Assembly: GCF_006345805.1 (NCBI RefSeq)
Contig: NC_043004.1
Span: 105,090,001 to 105,154,000 of the forward strand
DNA length: 64,000 nucleotides
Direction: 5' to 3'
Source of the DNA: Octopus sinensis
Taxonomy: Eukaryota
Both the position numbers and the translations under genes were made by a program. The notes under the pieces were generated by a model that was not told the DNA's origin, ran no database searches, and saw only the letters and a program-made list of their open reading frames with translations. Numbering within the stretch: the stretch's first letter is position 1; each line of letters starts with the position of its first letter. This document shows positions 28,801-42,300 of the stretch, in pieces.

Positions 28801-29414
28801 CTTGAATGGTGCTTTTTACATGCTACAAGCATGGGAGCTAATCAGGCAGTACTGGCATCAACCATGCTCAAATGGTGCTTTCTACGTGCTACCAGCATAG
28901 GTACCAATCAGGTGGTACTGTCATCAGCCATAACAACGACTTCTGTACATATTAATATTGACAATATAGTAAGGATACAAACCAGTTGTACATATTTTGC
29001 CAATAAACTTTACGTCAATGACATGAGCTAATCCTACCACATTTAGGAGCCTAAGCCAATATGGAAGCTTCTATGATATCACCTGATTTGCCAGAAACAG
29101 AAGCTAAATTTACTTCAAATCACACCCCACCATTTTAAGTACATTAAATTACAATAAATGATTGTTTAGTCATGGCTGGAACATCTTTTGTCATAGATCA
29201 ACTTGATCAGAGTTTGCCAGGAATAAACAACAATATTCATTTAGGCGTAGGAGTGGCTGTGTGGTAAGTAACTTCTTTATGAACTACATGGTTCTGGGTT
29301 CAGTCCCACTGCGTGGCACCTTGGGCAAGTGTCTTCTACTATAGCCTCGGGCCGACCAAAGCCTTGCGAGTAGATTTGGTAGATGGAAACTGAAAGAAGC
29401 CCGTCGTGTGTATA

Positions 29415-29451
<37 letters not shown>

Positions 29452-30301
29452 GTACGTGTGTGTATATGTTTGTTCCTCCAACATCGGTTGACAACCGATG
29501 CTGGCGTGCTTACATCCCCGTAACTTAGCAGTTTGGCAAGAGACCAATAGAATAAGTACTAGGCTTACAACGAATAAGTCCTGTGGTCGATTTGCTCGAC
29601 TAAAGGCGGTGCTCCAGCATGGCCAAAGTCAAATGACTGAAACAAGCAAAAGAGTAAAGAGTTACCAAGCAAATAAAATTCTTCAGTGTATAACAGAATA
29701 TGGAATCTAACCACAAACACATAGCAATAATATGACTTACTGGGCAGAGTCATGACTGTGTTTAAGACCAATATCTTATGGATAGAATCTTAAAAACTGA
29801 GAACTGTGGAAACTTCAATGCTGGTGTCCTGTGACTGGCACTTGTGCAGGTGGCACATAAAAAGCACCCTTCGAACATTGAGTGATAAGCTGTACTTGAG
29901 AAGACCTGTCAAACCAAGTAAAACCATAGTTATGGCCAATGCCAGTTCTGCGTAAGTGGCACCTGCACTGATGGCACATAAAAAACACCCTTTGAACTTT
30001 GGGCCTCATGGAGGCAGTGACAAGTGATTGAGACTTTTGGCAATTTACTGTACTTGAGAAGACTTATCAAGCCAAATGAGATTGCAGTCAGGGCCGATGC
30101 CAGTGTTGTAGCTGGCACCTGTGCCGGTGGCATGTAAAAAGCACCCACAACACTCTTAGAGTGGTTGGCATTAGGAAGGGCAGCCAGCTGTAGAAACCAT
30201 GTCAAATCAGACTGAAACCTCATGCAGATTCCCAACTTACCAGTTTTCAGTCAAACAGACCGACCCATGCCAGCATGGAAAACGAACATCAAATGACGAT
30301 G

Positions 30302-30339
<38 letters not shown>

Positions 30340-33276
30340 ATGTTTCTTAGCTAACAGATTTTTTAGACAATTGCCTACTCCCATAGTTTTGACCCCTTCC
30401 TTCTTTTCTATTACCGACCATTTTATTTCCTCTTACATATGTTTATCTATTTTGTTTTTTCACTCCATTCTTCCGGCTTCACCACTCATTTTAAATTACA
30501 TCTCTGGCAAGTTAACTTGGGATTCCTTAATGACAATGTAATCTTCATTTAACTAAGTTATCTTTGGCCTGATGAGTAGCTAATTATTACTTCTGAGGGT
30601 CTGTTAGCTAGGAAACATATGAAGCCCAGGTTTTACCAGCTCCATTCCATCAATCAGAATTTTTATTCGCATTCATAACAACCAATTGTGAATTATAAAA
30701 AGAACTTTTTTCAGTTTATTGAGCTTTGATATGGGAAAAGCCCATAAACTTCCACGCCAATAAACAATTATTGTGCCTGAGAGTTGTTTTTTATACCCAC
30801 CTTAGATTACTCAAACCTTACTAACTTCCTACTCTTAGATCCATGGGTCTTACAATTACATATTGTTTTATATATCTTTTAGTGATGTATATTGTGATAT
30901 CTATTCTGTTGAGTTGCACAAACCCTTGACACTTTCACCATTGCAAATACAGTGAATCAGTAATCGATTGTTTAAAATACATGACATATAATGAATAAAT
31001 GAATACTCAGTCATTATTTAGAGATAGCAATCTCAAAAAAAAAAAGAAAGAAAGAAAGAAAGAAAAAAGAACATTACCATTTTGGAGCTGTACTTGCCAA
31101 GCAAAAGATTTGATTTGAGATCTTATGCTGAAACTAAAATGATTGTAGCATGGAAGACAAAAATGTGTCATTCAAAAACACACAAAAACCATTAACTTCA
31201 CTTAAATATTATTATTTGGTGTTAAAATTTTCGTTGCACAAATTGCAACCTGATCAGACATGATTCTACTGCATCTCACCTTGACACCAAATAATGTTTA
31301 ACCCTTTAGTATTTAAACTAACCTGTTTTATGTCCCAACTGGTCAGATCTAACCCCTTGCACCTATCCTACAATGTCATTCTAAAAATAAACAATTACAT
31401 CATTGAAATATCTAAGGTACGAGATAATGCACGATTAATTGAAAACAATGTGAATAAATAAGGATTAATTTTGACAAAGTAATCTGAATGTTAAAGAGTT
31501 AAACCTTTATCATTTAAACTGGTCATATCCGGTAAAAATTTTCTACCTGTTTTATGTTCAAACTGGCCAGGTTTGGCCTTAACAGTTACCTCATCAAAAT
31601 CTCATATCTATAAGGTAATGCATGATTAATTCAAAACAATGTGAAAAAATAAGCATTACTTTTGCAAGAATAATGTGAATGCTAGGGTTCAGAGAAGCTA
31701 CTAGTCTTTGAGTGTTTTTGATTGGCTAACATTACAATTTATCAACTGAAATATCTCTTTTTAAAAAATGTGTAAAGCAATAGAGAAGATATTTACCCAT
31801 TCTGAATTGATGCTCTGAAACCGTTTGAGTTGGCTACATGGAAGGTGAAGATGAAAAGCATGAAATGGAAGGCTGATAAACCAAAACAAATTCGATAGAC
31901 AGCTTTGAAACCTGTCAACTGGTGGCAGTCCTCACCGAGGCTTAAATAGAGCAGGTTTCGTTAAACCAAGGGACCTGTGAAATAAACAAGGGTTTTCATT
32001 ATCATTATTGAATATCAGTTACTGACCTTCAAAATTCAAGTGCAATTTACAGAGTACTGTTCACACATCTGGGTTGGTATGGCTATTAAAAAACTCACTG
32101 ATCAGTACTCTATATTATCTAATTAATATCTCTATGTTCTTTGTTCTCGGTCTCTTCTATCACCACTACAATAATCTCTGAACTAGCAAGCTATATTCAA
32201 CTCTATTGAGGCCTCCCTCTATTGGCAAACCATACAGCATATTAGTATAGCACTAGTGAAACAAGTGTAAATACTATGTAATTTTTGATGATATAATAAA
32301 AAAAATTTATAAATGAATCTTCAGTTTTATTCAGCTATTCAATATAATTCAATATATACATATATATAAAAAATATATCAGGTTACTTGTGATTGCTATT
32401 GGTAACAGGTAAACCAGTACAACCTGTTGAATGGTTGGGTCATCATCATCATAATCATCTCCCTCATCATCATTTAATATCTATTGTCATGGCAACATTA
32501 TCAAGCCTGCTTGGTAAGGACAATGATTTTGGATAACCATCAGAATGAAAAATCAAGACCAGTCAAAAAGCAGGTGAACCCAGTGGAGTCAATGACCGTC
32601 CAGTAATGCATACACATATACATTAAGTGTGTGTGTGTGTGGTTAGCTGCATGTTTACATTTCATTCAAATGAAGTATAGAAGAAAATAAGCAATCTTCA
32701 TCTGCACAGATTGGTTGGTGGCAACTGGCCAGTGAGGGCAACTGGTGCAGGTAGTAACATACTTGTATGCAGGATTAGAAGCCATGGTGCAGAGCAAACA
32801 TCTGGAATGATGTTTTACAGCCTGAACACACCTCAAATTAGATAAATAAGCAAGGTCTTGAGATAACCTTCAGCCATTTTAGCAATCCCTGCATTTTCAT
32901 ACAAGTCCAGCTATCTTGACTTTATCTTATCAGTGGACATATTGTGTGAGAATGCAGCTCTTTCTCACAATTAAAAAAAAAACCCATTGCACAAGTCAAG
33001 CACTTTCCTAGGCCTCACCATGTTTGATGAGCAAACTATCAATCAGAATGATCGGCAGAGCTTTGGACAAAATGCCTTGCAGTTCTTCAGTGGCATCTCT
33101 GTACATTGTGAACTAGAATCCTACTGAAGCTGACTTTCCTTTTTTAATCTTTCAGAAGGTTTGATAAAATAAGAACCAGTTAAATACATTCAAATGCTCT
33201 CACTTCCCCAGATGTATGGTCTCATGCTTTCAATCAGAAATCAATGTTAACATTTATAATTATATATGAGTACACG

Positions 33277-33313
<37 letters not shown>

Positions 33314-36300
33314 ACACGCACACACACACACATTATCAATAAAGATTTGCTTGGTTTTTGATATTGATTGTTTTGTGTTTATTTATATTCATCTTCCTTC
33401 ACTTATGAACTTATTCATTTTGCAAACCACTTCAGCAAAGGGCATCTTCTGTTTAGTGGAGAAAATGGCATTAATGAAAGGAAAATCACAAACTAAAATG
33501 TAGAAGACATTGAGGACAAATATGAAGATGACATTTAGAATGTCAAAAGATATTAAAACTGTGACAAAAATGAATTGGAAAGGAAACGAAGTAGGAAGGG
33601 GCTGGTAAATCTTTATCTAGTCAAATATTTTCTCAGCTGATCAAGTAAAGTACTGAATGTTTAAAGTACTGGACTCTTGCCCTAAGTCACATAAGTTCAA
33701 ACTTTGTTATAGGCATTGGGTCATGTCTTTTGACTGATGTACATTCACTTGACTCATTTAAGTCTAATGAATACAAAATGTAATGCTTTTTATCAGGTTT
33801 GTTAATGCTCTACGTATTTGTGGCTGATGGTGCATAACAATCTAGAAACAAATGCATCCCGTAATCCAATGCGTTTTCATACATGTTGTCTAAGATGAGA
33901 AATTTCTCCTGAGGCCATTTCCACAGTGAAAGGTTTTCCCATATCCAAGTACGCACAAATGTGTTGAATATTATTGTACAAGTATCATCATCATCATCAT
34001 CATCATTTAGCATCCGCTTTCCATGCTAGCATGGGTTGGACGGTTCAACTGGGGTCTGGGAAGCCAGAAGGCTGCATCAGGCCCAGTCTGATCTGATGCC
34101 CTTCCTAATGCCAACCACTCTATGAGTGTAGTGGGTGCTTTTTACGTGCCACCCGCACAGGTGCCAGACATAAAAAAAAAATGTAATTTTATGCTTTGCT
34201 TTGAGGTATGAGGGTACACCAAGAGTTGTCCCTTGTTACTTTCTCAGGGTCCATGAAGAACAGGAAAGGGGTACTGAGTGCAGCTCTGTAAGCTAAATGA
34301 GAAATTCTCATCAGTTATACAATACTTCAACTGCATAGAAGAGAGCTGAAAGGTTCCAATTAACAATTATTGATTGACCCAGAAAATACTTTGAGATTAC
34401 AAAGAGAAAAAGAAAAGAAATGAAAAAGTAAGTTTTCCATACTACTTTGTTTTATATCTAGTTTTTTTTCAGCAAGGACATTACATCATCATCATAGTTT
34501 TAATGTTCATTTTTCTATGCTTGCAGAACTTGGGTGAAGTTTAATAAGGCAGATTTCTACAGCTGCATGCCCTTCCTGTCACCAACCCTTACCTGTTGCC
34601 AAGCAAGGTGATATTTTCCTAAGGCCAGACATGTTTTCACAGAATATTGGAAACATGACATTCATTCATAACAACCATGTGCTGTTAAGACAAAGAAACA
34701 CACACACACACACACACACATGCAACAAGCTTCCACAATTTCCATCAACCAAATCCACTCAGACTTTGATTGACCTGAGGCTATAGTAGAAGACATTTGC
34801 TCAAAGTGCCATGCAGTGGGACTGAACCTGAAACCATGTGGTTGCGAAGTAAACTTCTTAGCCACACAGCCACATCTGCACCTATACATATAATTGTAAA
34901 ATTCTTGTGTGATGAACAATTTGTGTCAATGTCTAAATCTATAGGTATACAAAAACTGCACTAACATAAAAAAAGTGGGTGTAAGAAAGAAAATAAATCA
35001 GTAAAGAAACATTGCAAGTATTAATAATTGAAGGAAGGAGTTAGTATAATGAGTTGGAAATTAGTGTAATGAGTAGGACTAATTAGATAACATATGGAAA
35101 TGTTACTTTAACTCTTTAAACATTTAAGCCAATTATATCTGGCCAGATCCAGCCTCTCACACCTACCCTACAATGTCATTCTAAAAGTAAACAATCACAT
35201 CATTGATATCTCAAAGCAACAAGATAATCTAGGATTAATTCAAAGCCAAACATTTCACAGAGAAACCTGAATGCTAAACGGTTAGTACTTACTTTTTTCA
35301 CAACCTCATCTTGAACTTGAGGGAAGAGCATTAAACAGGCAATAAGGATTATAAAAAAGAAATACAAGGTGTACATAATACGGGTACTGGTCGATTCATT
35401 GATGGGGTGGCAACAGCGACAGCAAAACCCACAGGAAGCTGTTCCGAAGCAACAAGAAAGCTGGAAACGGAAACAAAAAGAAATAATAAATAAAAAGAAT
35501 CGATGACACAAACCACACAGTAAATACTTTATGTTAAGGACACCATTGTCAAAATTCTAAGAAGGTCAGATTTTCTATGGCCTGAAGCCCTTCACCTCAT
35601 CAACACTTACCAATTTCTAAGCCAGGCAATACCCCCTTACCCCCCACCCCCTCCATGATTAGACATGTTTGTATGGAATATTGGAAATGAATGACACTGC
35701 TTCTTTGACTCTGACACAACTATCACACAACGTCAGGACAAGGTGACACACAAGTATGTGTACACACTCTCTAGCTTTCTCTCTCTCTCTCTCACGCAAC
35801 TTTGGTTGTTTGGGAAGCAAACATCTTAACCACACAGCCACATCTACTCTTGTATATATTACAATATATATATCTACATGTATCAATTACGCTCTTGCGT
35901 GTATACCTAGGCCATACAATAACATAGTAAAACAATTACTGAATTTGATACATTTTAATAAGGTAAAATGTGAACAAAAACTATTACAGTCTCTGCTCTA
36001 TAACAGTTAATATATTTACACATTTTTCTTTTGATTATTGGCAATATTTTATTAAAGGTTATTTGTGTGTCTGAGCAGCAAGTTCAAGTTGTTATGATAG
36101 TTAATTTTTTTTTCTTCCAAATAACATGAAGTGCCTTAAAGCAAACTTCAAGTCATCATTGTTTAATGTCCTCCTTCCATGCTGGCATGGGTTGGACGGT
36201 TTGACAGGAGCCAGCCAGGCAGAAGCCCGCAGCATACTTCTGTGTCTGTTTTGGTAAGGTTTTTATGGTTGGATGCCCTTCCTAACACCAACCACCATAC

Positions 36301-39300
36301 AGAGTGGGCTGAGTGCTTTTTATGTGGCACCAGCACAGGCAAGATCAGTTTTGGCATGGTTTTTACATCTAGATGCCCTTCCAAACGCCAACCATTTTAC
36401 AGTGTGGACTGGATGCTTTTTACATGGCACCAGAACTGGTAGGGTCATCAAGTAACTTTGCAAGATAAATAGTCTTTGAGAGGGGAGGGGGCATTGGAGG
36501 AGGTGATTTTGTGTCAGATGATGAATGGTTAGAGTGTGACAGAGAGACAGAAACAGGTGTCTTGCTGTAGAAGAGGTATATGGTTAAAGGGTGCCTAAAA
36601 ATGAAAAGTTTTAAAACTGAACATGATGATACGGTGAGGTTAGGGCTGCAGGGGCAGGGGTAAAAGGTAAGCATAGTACATGATTAGCAGTAGTTTGGGT
36701 CATTGGGGGAGTGGGTTGAAAGAATGTAATATGTGGGTAGAGAGCACACAACATGGCACTTCCTAACCTCAGTTTCACTGAAGAGGGCAAGGCTTCTCAG
36801 GAACTTCATATCACTAGACATCTTAGTCTATAGTCACCTCTTCTGTGATGTTCAACATCTTGAGACTGGCCCTCACTACTTCATTCCACATCTTCATGGG
36901 TTTCCCTCTTCCACAAGTTTTATTTCATTTAAGTGATCAGCACTTCTTTATAGAACTATCTTCATCCATATGCATCACAGGACTAAACGATTGCAGTCTT
37001 CTCTCTTGCATGCTACACCTGAATTCCTCTTATGCCTAACTTTAGTCTCTACACGTTTCCCCTTCATTGTACATGCAGAGTCATACTAGCTTCAATTCTT
37101 TCCAGTGTTCACACATCCTCTGCATTCAGGGCTTATGTCTCACTACCATATAACATACTTGTTCATACACAAACACCATACAATCTGCCTTCCACTGCAT
37201 GAGAGACCTTTTGGTGCCGACAGAAAGAATAGCTCTCTGAACTTTCTCTATCCCATTCTTATTTTAGTAATCATACTTTCAAACCATTCTTCTCCACTGC
37301 TAACTTGGTCCCCTAGGTAACAGAAATTATCTACATCCTCTAGAGAGTCTCCTGGGTGTTTGAAAAAATCCAATTCCCATATGTTCAATAAGTTTATTGT
37401 TCTTGCACATCTAGAATGGCAAATGGTTTTATATCATGATTTTTTTTTTCACAACTACTACACTCAGAGCCTGTAAAAGCAAGCAATTTATAATGAAAGT
37501 TACATTTATGGTAACAGTAGCAGAGTCTAGATAGGAAAATATTTTGAAATTGCCAAATGGAATTCAAAAAATCTTCTGAAAGGAACTCCCATAACTGAAG
37601 TCACTGAAACATAGTAAAGAGGATGATAATAAAAATGTTGAATGAGGATGTTAGGGTGTGGCAGTATGAGAAACATTCCCAGCAAATTTAAAAGCACATC
37701 ATATTTCATTCAACAATACCAAACCTCATATGATTTATACAGAACCAAATTTAATCCTAGAGGTGTCAAAGAAGAATGGAATCTATAGTTAAAATGTACT
37801 AAATCATGAATTTTTAATTCTGTTCTTTTACAGAGTTGTATGGTAACATGAAATACAAATGAACTGATTGAAGAGGTAAAAAAACAAAAAAAAAAAAAAC
37901 CTATTTCAATACATACCACTAATAGCATAATATGCCAATAATATCAATAATCCTTTCTACTATAGGCATAAGGCCTGGAATTTTGAGGGAGGGGGCTAGT
38001 CGACTAAACTGACCCAAGTGTTTGACTGGTTCTCATTTTATTAAATCCTAAAGAATGAAAGGCAAAGTCAACCTCGAATGAATTTGAACTCAGTACGTGA
38101 AGATGCGTGAAATACTAAATATTTTGGCTGGTATGCTAACAATTCTACCAGCTCACTGCCTTAATAATATCAATAATATAAGTAGTGTTTTCTTAACATT
38201 GCAAGCCTGCATGGTGTATGACACACTTCCAAATGGAAATAATTCCAATAAAATTAGGAGCATGAATAAAGAAAAACCTTGAAATGAATATTTACAAGCA
38301 AATAGCATTAGATATAACACAGATACAAAATGCCAAAACTTACTTAAACGTAAAATATTTCAGTGCTTCTCAAAATTAATGGTTCCAAACACTGAGTTTA
38401 TTTTTTGCTTTGTTTATTTGACAAATGTAGGCACAGGCATGGTTATGTGGTTAAAAAGCTCACTTTGCAACCATATGGTTTTGGATTCAGTCCCACTGTG
38501 CAGTACCTTGGGCAAATATGTTGCACTATAGCCTTGGGCCAACCAATGCCTTGTGAATGAATTTGGTAGACAGAAACTGTGTGGAAGCCTGTCATGTGTA
38601 TGTAAGTGCACCCATGTGATTGTATTTGACCCTCACTACCACCACCTGTTCTTGAGCAAGACACTTTATTTCACTCAGTTGTAGAAATGAGTTGCAACAT
38701 TACTGGTGCCAAATTGTATTGACATTTGCCTTTCCTTTGGATAGCACTGGTGGTATGGAGAGGAGGGCTAGTATGCATGGGTAATTGCTGGCCTTCCATA
38801 AACACACCTTCCCTGGACTAGTGCCTCAGAGGGTAGCTTTCTAGGTGCAATATTATGGTCATTCATGACCGAAGGGGGTCTTTACCCTTTTACCCTTTAC
38901 CACCACTTAATATCTAGTGTTGATTTCTTTATGTCCCCATAACTTAGCAGTTCAGAAATAGAGACCAACAAAATAAAGCACCAGACTTAAAAGTAAGTAC
39001 TGGGGTCAACCAGGTTCAACTAAACACTTCAAAGCAGTGCTCTAGTATGGCCACAGTCCAATGAGTGAAGCAAGTAAAAGACAAAAGATACATCATCATC
39101 ATCATCATCGTTTAACGTCCGTTCTCCATGCTAGCATGGGTTGGACGGTTCGACCGGGGTCTGGGAAGCCAGAAGGCTGCACCAGGCTCCAGTCTTATCT
39201 GGCAATGTTTCTACAGCTGGATGCCCTTCCTAATGCCAACCACTCCGTGAGTGTAGTGGGTGCTTTTTACGTGCCACCTGCACAGGTGCCAGGCGAGGCT

Positions 39301-42300
39301 GGCAACATCCACGGTCGGATTGGTGTATTTTATGTGCCACCAGCACGGAAGCCAGTCGAGGTGGCGCTGGCATCGGCCACGAGTCGGATAGTGCTTTTTA
39401 CGTACCACCAGTCCAGGGATCCTGGCTGGTTCAATTCGAATAATTAGTTCAGTACAAATATCATACATTAAATGAAACAATTATTATGGGACAAAGAAAG
39501 TATTGTATCAGTGAAGTTTCTATGCACATGTTTTCATTCCAGAAATTTAAATCGATTATATTACAGCATTGCAGAATACGTGCAGCTTGTGTGACAAAAA
39601 TATTTCTTTCAGTCTCCAATTTCAACTCAACATTGCAGCTTATTTCTCGGTCACATGGTTCCAGGTTCAGTCCAACTGCTTGGCACTTTGGGCTAGTGTC
39701 TTCTACTATAATTCCAGGCTGAGCAAAAGCTTTGTTACAGGATTTGGCAGATGGAAATTGAAAGAACTAGAAACGAGTCCATTCAAATCCATCTCTACGA
39801 TCGTTTCAAGGGATGTGTGAGGCAACATCTTTTGAAATAATCATAGAGATGGATTTGAATGAACTTTTTTTCTGGTTACCACTTTAACCTTTAGCTATAT
39901 TTATATTATTTTAGTTTCATTGCCTTAAATTTTTAGTCGCTTTTCTTATGCATTAATCTAATCCAGATATTTTTTTTCATTCAACCTCACTCATATTACC
40001 CTTTTAGGTTTTATCACTGTTTATCCGTATATATGTGTGTATTTTATACTATTGGGTTTTACCATTGGATGCCCTGATGGTTTAATATATATTTATGTTC
40101 GATTTATCTCTGTGGAACTATTTCTAATAAATTATTTTTCAAAGAATTTCTTTTTTTTCTTTCAGTTTTCTGCTTGAACTTTCACAAAAATTCCTTTAAT
40201 ATTTTACATATATATACCGGTGGCATGTAAAAGCACCATCCGTTCGTGTCCATTGCCAGCCTCGCCTGGCCCCCGTGCCGGTGGCATGTAAAAGCACCAC
40301 CCGTGCGTGACCGTTTGCCAGCTCTGTCTGGCACTTGTGCGGGTGACACGTAAAAAGCACCCACTACACTCACGGAGTGGTTGGTGTTAGGAAGGGCATC
40401 TAGCCGTAGAAACACTGCTACATCTGACTGGGCCTGATGAAGCCTTCCGGCTTCACAGACCCCAGTTGAACCGTCCAACCCATGCTAGCATGGAAAATGG
40501 ACGCTAAATGATGATGATGATGATACACACACACACACACATCTGTTTTTGTGTATGACAACAGGTGTTGGTTTATTTACATCACTTAGGAGCTCAGCAA
40601 AAAAGACTGATAGAATAAGTTCCAAGTTTTTTAAAAATAAATACTGTGGTTGGTTGTTTTGACTAAATCCTTCAAGGCAATGCCCCAGCATGACTTCAGT
40701 CCAAAGACTGAAACAAGTAAAAGTTAAACAATAACAGTTGAGTGATGACTAAAGAAGTGATCAATCAACCAGGAGAACAATTGATGTTATTTAACGAGTG
40801 ATAAAGCAGAGATTCAATCAAAGATGCTCTTTGTTCTGGTTATCCAATATCAGTCGGGACACAAGTCAACCAAGATTATGAATAACATTCTCAAGCATTT
40901 CTTATATACAGTTCCTCTTGGCTAAATATTAATTAAACATCATAACAACACATTACAAAGGATTTAAAGTTACATCACATTACTCTTATACCTTTTCTAA
41001 CAGCAAATCAGGTATTTTGACAATGAGCTCAATCACGTAATTTGATCAGACCCATGTGATCAAATTTCATGTGAATGGAATTATCAGACAACCTAATCAT
41101 GGATTTTATGCTGCATATAACTCCATGAAACAGTAACAAAAGGTGTGGTTAAACCTGGATTGTATGTTTGTTTAGCTTACAACTCAGTTTAATGAAATTG
41201 GACTTACTTTCTTTGATATGCAATAGTGATTGTTGTGTTGATCTATTAATAGTTCTCCTGACCTGTTCTTCTTAGATTGTCTAACAGTAACTCATACATG
41301 TTTTAGAAGATTGAGAGCCTCTTTCCCATTCCGCCAGCATCACAAGAATATGGTTAAATGAGCATTTAACCTACCGTTGGATAGACACTAAGAAACATTT
41401 TGTGAATGGCCTCCAAAGTCTCCTAACTTGACCATGTCTTCTTTCTGCTTATAAACAGGGACCCTGTTGAAGGCTTTCCCTATGTCAAGGAATACTGATT
41501 ACAATGGCCTGCTTTTGCAGCTACCTCATGAGAAAGAAAGCATTTTTGCTGGCACAAAACTGAACTGCATTTTGTCCAGTCAAACTATCTCTAAATAAAG
41601 TTATACCTGTTTCTGTAGCTTTCATGACAAGGCCCAGTAATTTGGTATCTCAGTGATTTCCTCTCTTTAAGGCATCTCCCTCTATCCTTGTAACAGCTGA
41701 CTATAGTGCTGTTACACCAGTCATTGAGTATGACAACCTGACTGACTGTAGGGTAACTAGGCTGTAACCTAAGCCAAGCCAACAGGTATTTTAAACATCT
41801 CAGCAGTGATTCCTGACAGTCCAGAAGCTTTCTCAGCCTTCATATTCTTAATTACATTGTCAATCATGCCAATGTCTACTAGAATGTTTGGTTCCTCTGC
41901 CGGGTTCATGTTCACAAGGATCTCTTTAGCCTCTGGCATTCTCTACATTTAATAATGTTTCATAGTAGCTCTTCCCTGTCTGTTTCACTTCAGAATCATT
42001 GAGTGCAAGAGTTTCATTACCCACTTATATACACTTCTCTCCCACAACATCTAGATTTCTTCTGCAATCTGGAAGAACTTCACGCCTCTGGTCCTCACAC
42101 TTCAGAACATTAGCAAACCTCATATTTTCTGCTTCTCTCCTTGCTAAATATATTCGTCAGCTAACTTCTCACCAAGCTATCTGCTATAATTATCTGTTGC
42201 CTCTCTTCTTCCAACCTTTCCAAGCCTGTCTGTCTCACTGTTCCTCACCATGTGATCCTGTTTCAATGGAGCCTTGCACCAGCCAGATTTGAAATGTAGC

